Positions 29,724 through 39,361 of a stretch of 64,000 bases of DNA are shown here, in pieces (position 1 is the stretch's first letter; each line of letters begins with the position of its first letter). Source of the DNA: Bacteroidota bacterium (lineage in GTDB: Bacteria; Bacteroidota; Bacteroidia; Bacteroidales; UBA4417). Under the pieces are notes generated by a model. It did not search any database. It saw only the letters and a program-made list of their open reading frames with translations, and had not been told where the DNA came from. A program made the position numbers and the translations under genes. The DNA is taken from NCBI GenBank assembly GCA_013376995.1, contig JACAAZ010000015.1:47695-111694 (forward strand), read 5' to 3'.

Positions 29724-30905
29724 TCAATTCAAAGGTATTCCAAACCAGGTTGCTTTATAGAACATTGATTTTCTTCCTGATTTACCTTTGCTGAAATATT
29801 CTGTTAACCAATTCTGCTGTTCTTTCAGATGGGTATTAGCATCATCAATTGCACCAATTGATTGAAGAATTAACGCCTTAATGTTTACATCAGGGTTTAT
29901 AATCAGGTTTAACTTAGATTTTGCTGCTTTCAGGCTGACATCAGCAGAGTCCAGCATAGCCTGAATTTCAGGATCTGCTTTCTTTGGCGTAAACTGCCTG
30001 TTCCTGTAATTAATGAATTCATTCAAACTATTAATGCCATTATTATAGTCTACAGTAGCTGTGTTATAAAGGCTGACAATCCTGTCCTGACGGTCCTGTT
30101 CAATTTCGAGTTTCAGATGCTGGAGCCGATCAAATATCATGGAATTCTTTATCCCATTTCTTTCAATCCTATTGGCGGATGATTTTAATTGTTCTACATA
30201 AGTGAGTTTTTCAAATTCGCGCAAGGAATCTTCATAGCTGAAAAATGGTTTTGATTTATTCTGCGTGGTGTTTCCTTCATAAAACTCCTGGTTTGTAACG
30301 ATGAAATTTGAAAATTGGTAGAGATAGTCAAAGGGCATATGTGATTTTATCAGCACTGTCGGCTCAACCAGGAAATAATCGTTGCTGATCTTTTTTACAA
30401 ATTTACCATCCTTTATATACCCGGAACCCCAGGTCGGATCAAAAAGGAACCAATGATTATCAATGAGGGCTGCACACCAGGCATGTGGAATATAGTCAGT
30501 AAAACCATTCTGCTTGGTATAACCTTCAATAACACAGGATTTAATTCCGGATTTCAGGCATATATCCGTGAAAAGTGCTGCAAAGTTCTCACAAATCCCT
30601 TTTTTGAGTTTCAGTGGTTTAGATACTTTCTCTTCCTGCTTTTCATAGAAATTGATTGCAAACATATTATCAACATCATATTGAATATTTGACGCAATCC
30701 AAATGAATATCGCCCTTACTTTTTCTTTGTCTGTTGAAAAGTTTGCATTTACATAGGTTGAAATGCCACTGGTAGACCTTGTGAGAGAATCAGGAATTAG
30801 AAGTGATTTTTTGTCAATTGATGAATAGTCGTTTTTAGTGGTTGTTTGGGCCACGCCCAATTGAATGCAAAATACTAATAACGCAAGGTATAGCAGATGT
30901 TTCAT
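29724..30905 (-). CDS. transglutaminase-like domain protein (secreted) with C-terminal helical region
   Basis: Signal peptide. Transglutaminase core GICENFAALFTDICLKSGIKSCVIEGY ... HAWCAALIDNHWFLFDPTWG, showing a Cys-His-Asp pattern. Confidence 0.8.
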   Translation of the reverse strand: MKHLLYLALLVFCIQLGVAQTTTKNDYSSIDKKSLLIPDSLTRSTSGISTYVNANFSTDKEKVRAIFIWIASNIQYDVDNMFAINFYEKQEEKVSKPLKLKKGICENFAALFTDICLKSGIKSCVIEGYTKQNGFTDYIPHAWCAALIDNHWFLFDPTWGSGYIKDGKFVKKISNDYFLVEPTVLIKSHMPFDYLYQFSNFIVTNQEFYEGNTTQNKSKPFFSYEDSLREFEKLTYVEQLKSSANRIERNGIKNSMIFDRLQHLKLEIEQDRQDRIVSLYNTATVDYNNGINSLNEFINYRNRQFTPKKADPEIQAMLDSADVSLKAAKSKLNLIINPDVNIKALILQSIGAIDDANTHLKEQQNWLTEYFSKGKSGRKSMFYKATWFGIPLN

Positions 30906-30944
30906 AAGTATGTGATAAATAGATATCCATAGATCTGATTCAAT

Positions 30945-31565
30945 TTATAAGGTGTAAGCTATTTCAAGGGCAAGTACATTGTTATATTGCCCAAAGGTAT
31001 TACCAAATCTTCGCCTGTAGCCCAGGTATTCACCTTTGCGGATAGATGCAACAGAATTACCTAGCCGGAGTCCAACCTTTAAAGCATCGTTGATCCTGTA
31101 GCCCAAGCCAATCTGAGACCCAAAATCAAGCAGCCTGAATGGCACACGTTCATTATTCAGATAATCAAGTGTTTCCTGGTGACTCACCATAACTCCTAAT
31201 GATGGCCCTGCTTCAATAAACAGTTTCTTGTTCAGCTTGTATTGGAACAAAAAGGGCATTTCCACATACGAAATCTTAATGAGGAACACATGGAGATCAC
31301 TCAGGAGAGTATCAGGGTTATGGCGGCTTCCTTTCTGGATATAATGAAGCCCGACTTCAAAAGCAGTTCTTTCGCTCATCGCAAGGTTCACCCAACCTCC
31401 TGCAGTGAAGCCGGCTTTTTTATACCCGCTGTAAGTATCACCATCTACCTGGCTACCTACAACCCCGACAGAAATACCCCCGGTAAATCGCTGAGAAAAA
31501 GCAGGATACAAAAAAACAGTACATATCAGGCAGGTGAGAATCCATTTGTAATTAAAAGTGACCAT
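30945..31565 (-). CDS. outer-membrane beta-barrel protein (porin-family-like)
   Basis: 206 aa with a signal peptide. Alternating beta-strand pattern with G/Y-rich strands. No terminal aromatic residue (ends ALEIAYTL). Confidence 0.6.
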   Translation of the reverse strand: MVTFNYKWILTCLICTVFLYPAFSQRFTGGISVGVVGSQVDGDTYSGYKKAGFTAGGWVNLAMSERTAFEVGLHYIQKGSRHNPDTLLSDLHVFLIKISYVEMPFLFQYKLNKKLFIEAGPSLGVMVSHQETLDYLNNERVPFRLLDFGSQIGLGYRINDALKVGLRLGNSVASIRKGEYLGYRRRFGNTFGQYNNVLALEIAYTL

Positions 31566-31583
31566 AATATTAAACGAATTTTA

Positions 31584-32162
31584 TTATTTACAGATCTCAG
31601 GTTCCCCTGCCGGATCTGTTTCTTTCCCGAACCAAACGGTAACATATCCATTCCAACTACCGACACCCATAGCTTTCCAGTCCATATCAGCCCATTTCCC
31701 TGAATTTATGATGATCTCGTTATGTCCGGGACTACCTTTCCAGGCTTTTAATGCTTCCCTTGCAAGCATTTCAGGCGTGTCGAATGTGGCAGTTGTGAAA
31801 TAGGCTATCTCAAAGCCGTCACCTTGGTAGGTAGTTAGTTCACGGGGTTTGTTCCACATACATGCCGCGTCTTTATGATCAGGAGTGTAACAACAGGCAG
31901 TCCATTTCCCCTGGTCAGACCAGCTGTGGAGATTACATTTCCCTTTATAAACGTCAGTTCCAGACAAATCTTTACTATGCGTCCTGGCTACAAAGCATAA
32001 AGATGCAGATAGCTTAATTCCGGGAAGGTGTTTTTCCATCCTGTATTCGTTTATCAGCCTGCCTAAAGCCTGCTCCTCCCCTGTCAGGCAATTTCTTCCA
32101 GGTTCCTGGGCTAGCAGAGGTCCAAACAGTAAAAGGAGTATAGGGACAAGGAGTTGTTTCAT
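31584..32162 (-). CDS. CAP/SCP (YkwD-like) domain secreted protein
   Basis: Signal peptide. VARTHSKDL, EALKAWKGSPGHNEIIIN, WKAMGVG. Confidence 0.65.
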   Translation of the reverse strand: MKQLLVPILLLLFGPLLAQEPGRNCLTGEEQALGRLINEYRMEKHLPGIKLSASLCFVARTHSKDLSGTDVYKGKCNLHSWSDQGKWTACCYTPDHKDAACMWNKPRELTTYQGDGFEIAYFTTATFDTPEMLAREALKAWKGSPGHNEIIINSGKWADMDWKAMGVGSWNGYVTVWFGKETDPAGEPEICK

Positions 32163-32220
32163 CTTATATATCAGTGCTATTTTGAAATCAGGTATTTAAG
32201 ATTAAACAAAGAATGATGAC

Positions 32221-33321
32221 TTATTTCTTTTCATCTCCATATCTTTTTTCCCTGATCTTAGCCCCGTTTTTGAACTCACCCTTGTAAACCAGTTTCCCGT
32301 TTGCATCCCAATATTGCCATATGCCATCTTTTTTCTGATCGATATATGAACCTTCGCCTTGTTCGCTTCCATTGGCATAATAGGACACCCACCTGCCATG
32401 CTGCCGGCCTTTCAGGAAGCTTTCTTCCCGTATTTTCTGTCCATCAGGATCGAAGTATGTCCATGAACCTTCCCTTTCGCCATCAACGTAAGTCCCGGTT
32501 TCATTTACCCTTCCGCTATCGTACCACTCAGTCCATGCCCCGTTTTTCAGATCAAGCTTATAGAAACCATCTGTTTTCCGCTTTCCGTTGTCATACCATG
32601 TCTGATAAACACCGTCTTTTTTGCCCAGTTTATAATCAGTTATATATTGCTTCTGCCCGTTTTCAAACCAGCCCTTCCAGCGATTTACCATCCGCCCGGA
32701 ATCATAATTTCCTGAATCCTTAACCTGTCCACCCTGGAACCAACTGATCCAGAGGCCGTTTTCTTTGTCAAGAACGTAATTGCCTGAATGATGGACTTTC
32801 CCATCGGTATAATAAAAAACCCATTTGCCGTTTTTTTTACTATCCGCCATATCCCCTTCTTTCCATTTAGCACCCGACTCATACAAATAACTCCAATGAC
32901 CCTGCTGTTTGCCGGAAACGAATATCCCTGTGCTTCCAAGTGATCCGTCGGGATGATAAAAACACCATGTACTATCCTGAAGATCATCAATAAGTTTCCC
33001 AGTCATATCCGGTTTTCCATCCTCATGCCACCAATGAGCTATCCCATTGAGTTTTCCATTGACATATACCCCTTCAAATTCCTTTTTCCCGGAGCCAAAC
33101 CATCTGACAGAAGATCCATTCTTTATGCCTTTCGAATAATAGGTTTCTTCGTTTTTTACCCCTTTAGAATCAAAGCCGTACCAAAGGCCCTCTTTTTGGC
33201 CGTTAAGCATAATGCCTTCGGCTTTCTTCTTACCATCCGGATAATATTCCGTATTCTGTTGTGCGTAGGACGCTGCTGAAAAAATGACAAATAACAGAAG
33301 GGCTAGGGCATTCTTAAGCAT
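32221..33321 (-). CDS. MORN-variant (YwqK-like) repeat protein with signal peptide
   Basis: About 14 copies of the pattern G.K.G.W..+Y.NG......G.Y. The start was moved to the ATG at 33321 (MLKNALALLLFVIFSAASYAQ), because the longer ORF lacks a signal peptide. Confidence 0.75.
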   Translation of the reverse strand: MLKNALALLLFVIFSAASYAQQNTEYYPDGKKKAEGIMLNGQKEGLWYGFDSKGVKNEETYYSKGIKNGSSVRWFGSGKKEFEGVYVNGKLNGIAHWWHEDGKPDMTGKLIDDLQDSTWCFYHPDGSLGSTGIFVSGKQQGHWSYLYESGAKWKEGDMADSKKNGKWVFYYTDGKVHHSGNYVLDKENGLWISWFQGGQVKDSGNYDSGRMVNRWKGWFENGQKQYITDYKLGKKDGVYQTWYDNGKRKTDGFYKLDLKNGAWTEWYDSGRVNETGTYVDGEREGSWTYFDPDGQKIREESFLKGRQHGRWVSYYANGSEQGEGSYIDQKKDGIWQYWDANGKLVYKGEFKNGAKIREKRYGDEKK

Positions 33322-33408
33322 AGGAAAGAGGATTTGAATGGAAATGGGATATGTTTGACGGATCAGTTTGATACAATACACATGATTCGAAACGATGGAA
33401 ATACCTTT

Positions 33409-34383
33409 CTAGTGTTTTCTTTCGGTCGTAAAGATCACCAACTGCTCAAGAGAACAACGTGCAGGACTTTCAGGAAAAGTATTTAGCAGGTCAAAAGCTT
33501 TGTTCTGGTACTCCTTCATTTTTTGAATGGCATAATCGATACCCTTGCTTTCGTTAACGTGCTGTATAAGCAGTGAGACTTTTTCAGGTTCATTGTTGTG
33601 ATTCCTGACAATATTCATGGCCCTGCGTTTTTCAATCCAGCCTGAATTGTTCAGCATATAGATAAGAGGAAGGGTCATTTTCTTTTCCTTGATATCAATA
33701 CCATTCGGTTTGCCTGTATCCAGGTTTTTCTGGTAGTCGAACAGATCGTCCTTTATTTGGAATGCTATACCAACATATTCGCCAAATTGGTGCATTTTTT
33801 TGATCATTTCAGCATCTGCATTCACAGAAGCTGCACCAGAAGCACAACAGGAAGCGATGAGAGAAGCCGTTTTTTTTCGGATGATCTCAAAATAGATGGA
33901 TTCATCTATATCAAGATGGCGGGCCTTTTCAATCTGCAATAATTCACCCTCACTCATTTCGCGTGTTGCATTCGATACGATCTTGAGGAGTTCAAATTCG
34001 TTATTGTCGACAGCAAGCAACAATCCTTTGGAAAGCAGGAAGTCGCCGACGAGGACAGCAATCTTATTTTTCCAGAGGGCATTTAAGGAAAAGAAGCCCC
34101 TGCGTTCATTTGAATCATCAACAACATCATCGTGGATGAGGGTTGCAGTATGGAGCAATTCGATCATGGATGCGGCCCTGAAGGTACTATCGCTAACTTC
34201 GCCGCAGACCTTGGCTGAAAGGAAGACAAACATCGGGCGCATCTGTTTTCCTTTTCGTTTGACGATATAGCGTGTGATGGTGTCAAGAAGCGGTACCGGG
34301 CTTTTCATTGAGCTGCGGAAATGCTTTTCAAACTCGTCGATATAGGGAGCAATCGGGGATTTTATCTGGTCAAGGGTGATCAT
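33409..34383 (-). CDS. ispB: polyprenyl (octaprenyl-type) diphosphate synthase
   Basis: First DDxxD motif LIHDDVVDDS and second motif FQIKDDLFDY. KGKQMRP, GEL. The start was moved to the ATG at 34383 because a -7 promoter motif overlaps the longer ORF start. Confidence 0.9.
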   Translation of the reverse strand: MITLDQIKSPIAPYIDEFEKHFRSSMKSPVPLLDTITRYIVKRKGKQMRPMFVFLSAKVCGEVSDSTFRAASMIELLHTATLIHDDVVDDSNERRGFFSLNALWKNKIAVLVGDFLLSKGLLLAVDNNEFELLKIVSNATREMSEGELLQIEKARHLDIDESIYFEIIRKKTASLIASCCASGAASVNADAEMIKKMHQFGEYVGIAFQIKDDLFDYQKNLDTGKPNGIDIKEKKMTLPLIYMLNNSGWIEKRRAMNIVRNHNNEPEKVSLLIQHVNESKGIDYAIQKMKEYQNKAFDLLNTFPESPARCSLEQLVIFTTERKH

Positions 34384-34401
34384 TCGAAGCAATTTACTTC
34401 T

Positions 34402-34409
34402 CAAAAGTA
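34402..34409 (-). promoter_or_regulatory. candidate -7 promoter element (TAnnTTTG) for ispB
   Basis: The plus strand reads CAAAAGTA, which is TACTTTTG on the minus strand. It lies 19 nt upstream of the ATG at 34383. Confidence 0.4.
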
Positions 34410-34480
34410 ATGATTATTTTATAAAGACATAGCACAGCCCTGCACGTGGAGACCTGTAAAGCTTACAATTCAAAATACTC

Positions 34481-34488
34481 TACCTTTG
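34481..34488 (+). promoter_or_regulatory. candidate -7 promoter element (TAnnTTTG) for the radical SAM gene
   Basis: TACCTTTG lies 16 nt upstream of the ATG at 34504. It overlaps the TTG that the ORF track used as the start. Confidence 0.45.
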
Positions 34489-34503
34489 CAACAAAATTTA
34501 GCT

Positions 34504-35280
34504 ATGTCAGGTATTCTCTTTGATGAAATTATCTTCGGCCCTGTAAAAAGCCGGAGGTTCGGCATCTCCCTGGGGATTAATCTCCTTCCTTTAACTGCCA
34601 AGCTTTGTTCTTTTGATTGTATTTATTGTGAATGCGGACTCTCAGGTCACGAAAAGGGGCATAAACCCGAACTTTATAAGTCGGCACAGATCCTTGATTC
34701 ACTTGAGAAGAGATTCAAAGGCCTGGTCGACAGCCATCTTGAACCTGACTCCGTAACTTTTGCCGGGAATGGGGAGCCCACGATGCACCCGGAATTTGAA
34801 CAGATCATTGATGGGGTTATTAAGTTGCGAAACCAATATTTCCCAAAAGCCAAGGTGACTGTTCTTTCGAATGCAACCTTGCTGAACCGTGATCATGTGC
34901 GCAAGGCCCTGAACAGGGTTGACAACAATGTACTCAAACTAGATGCCGGCACTGACAAGGTGTTTCAAATGATAAACCGCCCCCAGAACAGGATCACCAT
35001 TGATGAAGTAGTTGACCACCTTGTAGAATTCCAGGGTGACCTGACCATTCAATCCATGTTTCTTAGGGGAACCATTAATGGTGAACTTGTTGACAACACA
35101 GTAGCAGAAGAAGTTGAAGCCTGGTTAGGTCAATTGGAAAAGATTCAGCCAAAACTGGTTATGCTTTACCCGATCGATCGCCTTACTCCTTTTGCCACTC
35201 TGGAAAAAATAAGCCATGATAAACTTGAAGCCATTGCTAAAAAAGTTACCGAACTTGGATTGAAAGCGGAAGTTTTCTGA
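34504..35280 (+). CDS. radical SAM protein (subfamily not assigned)
   Basis: GPVKSRRFGISLGINL followed by the CSFDCIYCECG (CxxxCxxC) cluster. GNGEPTMHP. Confidence 0.8.
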   Translation: MSGILFDEIIFGPVKSRRFGISLGINLLPLTAKLCSFDCIYCECGLSGHEKGHKPELYKSAQILDSLEKRFKGLVDSHLEPDSVTFAGNGEPTMHPEFEQIIDGVIKLRNQYFPKAKVTVLSNATLLNRDHVRKALNRVDNNVLKLDAGTDKVFQMINRPQNRITIDEVVDHLVEFQGDLTIQSMFLRGTINGELVDNTVAEEVEAWLGQLEKIQPKLVMLYPIDRLTPFATLEKISHDKLEAIAKKVTELGLKAEVF

Positions 35281-35404
35281 GAATATTACCGGACGAAATA
35301 AATGGTTCGAATCCCTATTTTTCACATATTCGTTTTTGGCTTACAACTTGAACGAGAGTAATTCGTTTATTTCGCAGCTATTTAATTTCATTCAAGTCGA
35401 CCAC

Positions 35405-35752
35405 ATGAAAATCCTTCAATCAAACATCACTATCATGGTTAAGGACCTCGAAAGGTCCATTGCATTTTATCTTTCACTCGGACTTTCATTAAAGGAGAAA
35501 TGGGGAGAGCATTATGCCCAGGTAGAAGCGCCTGGTGTAATTATTGGCCTGCATCCGAAAGCAAAAGATGATAGCAAGACCACTTCCGGTAGTTTATCCA
35601 TTGGATTTATGACCCCGGATTTTGATGAAGCACGCGGGTTGCTAATTTCACAGACTATCAAATTCCAGGAAGAGAGTGGCAAGAGTGGTCAAATTCTGAA
35701 CTTTCAGGATCCGGATGGCACATGGCTTTATTTTATGAAACCGGAATATTGA
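35405..35752 (+). CDS. VOC (glyoxalase/bleomycin-resistance) family protein
   Basis: NITIMVKDLERSIAFYLSLGL ... FQDPDGTWLYF. The start was placed at the ATG at 35405, because the ORF-track start is a TTG. Confidence 0.7.
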   Translation: MKILQSNITIMVKDLERSIAFYLSLGLSLKEKWGEHYAQVEAPGVIIGLHPKAKDDSKTTSGSLSIGFMTPDFDEARGLLISQTIKFQEESGKSGQILNFQDPDGTWLYFMKPEY

Positions 35753-35826
35753 TTTGCGATAAGAATTAAACTCACTGAATAGTTTCATGAGATTCCATTG
35801 TATCTTTATTGGATCATACCCGCACT

Positions 35827-36225
35827 ATGATTGACTATCCTCCAAAGATCCTTATCGCATTTGCTGAGACGATCAGCGGAAATGCTGAAATCCTGAACTG
35901 GTTGTTAACGAATGGTTACCCCGAACTTGCAGCTTTATCGAGTGCTATTTGTGGAAGTGAAGAGGCATTCGGATGGTTGATGAAAAATGGCTTTCCGCAG
36001 TATGCAGCCCTCGACCATGCTATTGATGGGATTACTCCTGCTTATAATTGGCTGTTAGAGAACGACTTCAAGTTTTTAGCCGTGCTTGCTGATGCCTGTA
36101 ACAGGAAACCCGAAGCCATCAAATGGTTACAGGAACACGATCTTCAAATATTCCTAGTAATAGCTGCCAAGGTGCATAGTTTAAGAGAGGGGAAGACCTT
36201 TGATTATCATAAGCTTCATTTTTAA
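35827..36225 (+). CDS. hypothetical protein with four internal ~25-aa repeats
   Basis: The A..WL..NG(F/Y)P..AAL..AI.G pattern recurs four times (ILNWLLTNGYPELAAL, AFGWLMKNGFPQYAAL, AYNWLLENDFKFLAVL, AIKWLQEHDLQIF). The first ATG is at 35827. Confidence 0.45.
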   Translation: MIDYPPKILIAFAETISGNAEILNWLLTNGYPELAALSSAICGSEEAFGWLMKNGFPQYAALDHAIDGITPAYNWLLENDFKFLAVLADACNRKPEAIKWLQEHDLQIFLVIAAKVHSLREGKTFDYHKLHF

Positions 36226-36304
36226 GAAGAGTTCGGCGTTGGAAGAGTTCGGCGTTGGAAGAGTTCGGCGTTGGAAGAGTTCGGCGTTGGAAGGGTTCGA
36301 AGTG
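36226..36304. repeat. 16-nt tandem repeat, four perfect copies plus one degenerate copy
   Basis: GAAGAGTTCGGCGTTG occurs at 36226, 36242, 36258 and 36274, followed by the degenerate GAAGGGTTCGAAGTG. The array starts immediately after the TAA stop at 36223-36225. Confidence 0.95.
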
Positions 36305-36328
36305 AAAAACGGCGGATTTTGGCTTTTC

Positions 36329-36417
36329 GCCTTGTCCCTCAATCTCCTCATCTCCTTGTCTCTTTGTCCCCATGTCCCCCAGTCTCCCTCTCGCCCAGTC
36401 TCCCCTTCCCCTTGTCT
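36329..36417. repeat. pyrimidine-rich low-complexity tract with multiple C3-C5 runs (G-runs on the minus strand)
   Basis: cttgtccctcaatctcctcatctccttgtctctttgtccccatgtcccccagtctccctctcgcccagtctccccttccccttgtc. C-runs start at 36368, 36376, 36386, 36394, 36402 and 36408. Confidence 0.8.
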
Positions 36418-36472
36418 ATTTTAAATAAGCGCTTCGCACTATGCACTTAGCGCTATGCCAATAAATGAACAA

Positions 36473-36498
36473 CCCCACGTCCATTGCTGTCCGTGGGG
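36473..36498 (-). terminator. weak candidate terminator hairpin downstream of nrdJ
   Basis: 7-bp GC-rich stem CCCCACG / CGTGGGG with a 12-nt loop. On the minus strand it is followed by ttgttcatttatt. It lies 125 nt past the nrdJ stop. Confidence 0.3.
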
Positions 36499-36622
36499 AT
36501 TGAGGCAGAAAAACTAGTATGTGTTTAATTTGAAATGAGTCTTTGATTTAATGCCTTCCTCTGCTATATAGCTATTAATAAAAACTCTTCCGAGAGCTTG
36601 AATTTGACGATAGCTCAATTGA

Positions 36623-39361
36623 TCACCCGCACTTGGAGTAATCGCAGTTCTTACAATAGATGCATCCTTCCTTGCGGTAAAGCGAATTTACGGTGGCGCA
36701 TTTCGGGCAGGATTCGCCGGTTTCCATTTCTTCCTTGATGTACCGTGACAGCGTCCGTACAACACCATTTTTCCAGGTTGTAATGAAATCCTTATCGAAG
36801 GTGAGATTCTCTATAAGGCCGACTACATATGGCAGTGGCATTCCATGGCGAAGGATTCCGGAAATGAGCTTTGCATAATTCCAGTATTCCTTTTCGAAGG
36901 TACGTGAGAGCCCTTCGTAGGTAACCTTGTAACCCTGGCGGTCGACATAGCGGAAGTTATACAGGGTGCGCTGGCCTTCACGTTTCTGGCGTATTACCCA
37001 ACCTTTCTCCACCCATTCGGGGAGGAAGAAATCCTCACTTTTCCCGGTGAAGATCTCATAAGGCTTATTATCGAGCAGGCCGATTACAGCAATCCATTTT
37101 TCGCTTTCATTGGTGAAACGGACAACATCGGCTTCAAGCTTATCCGGGCGTGGAGGAGCTTTGGTCTCCTTGAATTCGGTAATGGCTTCTTCCTTTTTCG
37201 GTTCATTGCTGACAAGCACGCCTGAGCGTGAGCCATCGCGATAGATAGTCATTCCCTTGCAACCACTTTCCCATGCAGTAAGATAAACCTGGCTAACCAG
37301 TTCTTCTGTTGCTTCAGTAGGAAGATTAACGGTAACACTTATGCTATGATCAACCCATTTCTGGATAGCGCCCTGCATCCCAACTTTAGCAACCCAGTCG
37401 ATATCGTTTGAGGTAGCTTTATAGTAAGGAGATTTTTCTATGATAGCATTCAGCTGGCTATCGGTATAGCTGTTGGCTGCATCAACATCGTACCCGTTTT
37501 CGCGCATCCAGTCGAGGAACTTTGGATGGAAAACATTGTACTCTTCCCATGAATCTCCGATTTCGTCAACGAAGGTAACATTGACATTCCTGTCGTTGGG
37601 GTTCACCTTTCGGCGACGTTTGTAGCTCACCATAAATACAGGCTCAATACCTGATGAGGTTTGAGTACATATGCTTACGCTGCCTGTAGGGGCAATGGTA
37701 AGCATGCTGATATTCCTGCGGCCGTAGCGCTCCATTTTTTCATACACTTCAGGAGCAGCTTCACGGATGCGGTTGATAAATGGATTATTCCGTTCTCTTT
37801 CGATGTCGAAGATCGGGAAGGCTCCGCGTTCAGCTGCGAGGTCAACAGAAGAGCCGTAAGCCTCGATAGCCAGGTTCTTATGAACTTCTACACTGAAGTT
37901 GGTAGCGTCTGTTGTACCATATCTGAGGCCCAAAGCAGCAAGCATATCGCCTTCGGCTGTAATGCCGATTCCTGTTCTGCGGCCCTGCAAGGTTTTTTCA
38001 CGGATTTTTTCCCAAAGGAGGCGTTCTGTACGGCGGATCTCTTCGTCTTCCGGATCAGACTTAACTTTTTCGAGAATTGCTTCTATCTTTTCCATTTCAA
38101 GGTCGATGATATCGTCCATGATACGGAGGGCATATCTTGAATGTTTTGAGAAAAGTTCAGCATTAAAAGAAGCCTTGGAAGTAAATGGGTTCTCAACGTA
38201 GCTATAGAGGTTTATAGCAAGAAGGCGGCAGCTGTCGTAGGGACAGAGTGGAATTTCACCGCAGGGGTTCGTTGACTGTGTTTTGAAGCCCAGGTCTGAG
38301 TAGCAATCGGGAACAGCTTCGCGAATGATCGTATCCCAGAAGAGCACACCTGGTTCAGCGGATTGCCATGCATTATGGATGATTTTATCCCAAAGTTTAA
38401 GGGCTTCAATTTCCTGGACTTTGATAGGATTGGCAGAATCTATAGGATATTGCTGGCGATAGTTACGTTTTTCTTTAACTGCATGCATGAATTCATCATC
38501 GATCTTCACGGAAACATTGGCTCCGGTAACTTTTCCCTGTTCCAGTTTAGCGTCGATAAAATTTTCCGAGTCGGGATGTTTAATGGAAATGGAAAGCATG
38601 AGAGCACCGCGGCGACCATCCTGGGCTACTTCCCGGGTAGAATTGCTGTAGCGTTCCATGAACGGGACAATACCCGTGGAAGTAAGTGCACTATTCTTGA
38701 CAGGGCTACCTGACGGACGGATATGGGAAAGGTCATGACCAACACCTCCACGGCGTTTCATTAGCTGGACCTGTTCTTCATCCACTTTCATGATGGCGCC
38801 ATAGGAATCCTGGTTATTATCTCCGCCAATTACAAAGCAGTTGGAGAGGGAGGATACCTGGAAGTTGTTTCCTATACCTGCCATTGGGCTTCCCTGCGGA
38901 ACGATATAGCGGAAATCCCTGAATAATTCAAAAATCTCTTCTTCGCTTAAAGGATTTGGATATTTACGTTCAATGCGGGCAACTTCAGATGCAAGGCGCC
39001 TGTGCATATCATCCGGTGTGCGTTCGTATATATTGCCGTCACTATCTTTAAGTGCATATTTATTCATCCAGACATTGGCTGCCAAGGTATCTCCCTTAAA
39101 ATAATGGGTAGCTGCCGCCTGAACCTCTTCATGTGGGAAGGCTTTAAGTTTTGGTGTTTCTGCGATTTTTTCCTTTGGTTGCATGTTGGGTTGGGGTTCG
39201 AGTCTTTCCTCTTGCTCTTCATTAGGAATGTTGGTTTCTTCCTTAACTAATTCGGGACGCTGGCGTTTTTCAAGCACCTTGTTATAAAAACCATTTTTAG
39301 CGTCTTCTTCCAGGGAAGAATCGATTAGAGTAAACAAATTTGTACCAAAAAGTTTGTCCAT
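36623..39361 (-). CDS. nrdJ: class II (adenosylcobalamin-dependent) ribonucleotide reductase
   Basis: 912 aa. SNCFV, catalytic region QSTNPCGEIPLCPYDSCRLLAINL, TIAPTGSVS, and a C-terminal Cys cluster CPKCATVNSLYRKEGCIYCKNCDYSKCG. Confidence 0.9.
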   Translation of the reverse strand: MDKLFGTNLFTLIDSSLEEDAKNGFYNKVLEKRQRPELVKEETNIPNEEQEERLEPQPNMQPKEKIAETPKLKAFPHEEVQAAATHYFKGDTLAANVWMNKYALKDSDGNIYERTPDDMHRRLASEVARIERKYPNPLSEEEIFELFRDFRYIVPQGSPMAGIGNNFQVSSLSNCFVIGGDNNQDSYGAIMKVDEEQVQLMKRRGGVGHDLSHIRPSGSPVKNSALTSTGIVPFMERYSNSTREVAQDGRRGALMLSISIKHPDSENFIDAKLEQGKVTGANVSVKIDDEFMHAVKEKRNYRQQYPIDSANPIKVQEIEALKLWDKIIHNAWQSAEPGVLFWDTIIREAVPDCYSDLGFKTQSTNPCGEIPLCPYDSCRLLAINLYSYVENPFTSKASFNAELFSKHSRYALRIMDDIIDLEMEKIEAILEKVKSDPEDEEIRRTERLLWEKIREKTLQGRRTGIGITAEGDMLAALGLRYGTTDATNFSVEVHKNLAIEAYGSSVDLAAERGAFPIFDIERERNNPFINRIREAAPEVYEKMERYGRRNISMLTIAPTGSVSICTQTSSGIEPVFMVSYKRRRKVNPNDRNVNVTFVDEIGDSWEEYNVFHPKFLDWMRENGYDVDAANSYTDSQLNAIIEKSPYYKATSNDIDWVAKVGMQGAIQKWVDHSISVTVNLPTEATEELVSQVYLTAWESGCKGMTIYRDGSRSGVLVSNEPKKEEAITEFKETKAPPRPDKLEADVVRFTNESEKWIAVIGLLDNKPYEIFTGKSEDFFLPEWVEKGWVIRQKREGQRTLYNFRYVDRQGYKVTYEGLSRTFEKEYWNYAKLISGILRHGMPLPYVVGLIENLTFDKDFITTWKNGVVRTLSRYIKEEMETGESCPKCATVNSLYRKEGCIYCKNCDYSKCG

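Noticed and set aside
36226-36304. Possible CRISPR array.
   Set aside because: The 16-nt units are directly adjacent with no spacers. The repeat is far shorter than CRISPR repeats, and no cas genes are present in the window.
36119-36424. ORFs 36119..36373 (-) and 36200..36424 (+) spanning the tandem repeat and C-run tract.
   Set aside because: Their sequences are simply the translated 16-nt repeat and low-complexity tract (SSALEEFGVGRVRRWKSSALEGF...). The 16-nt period breaks the frame each unit.
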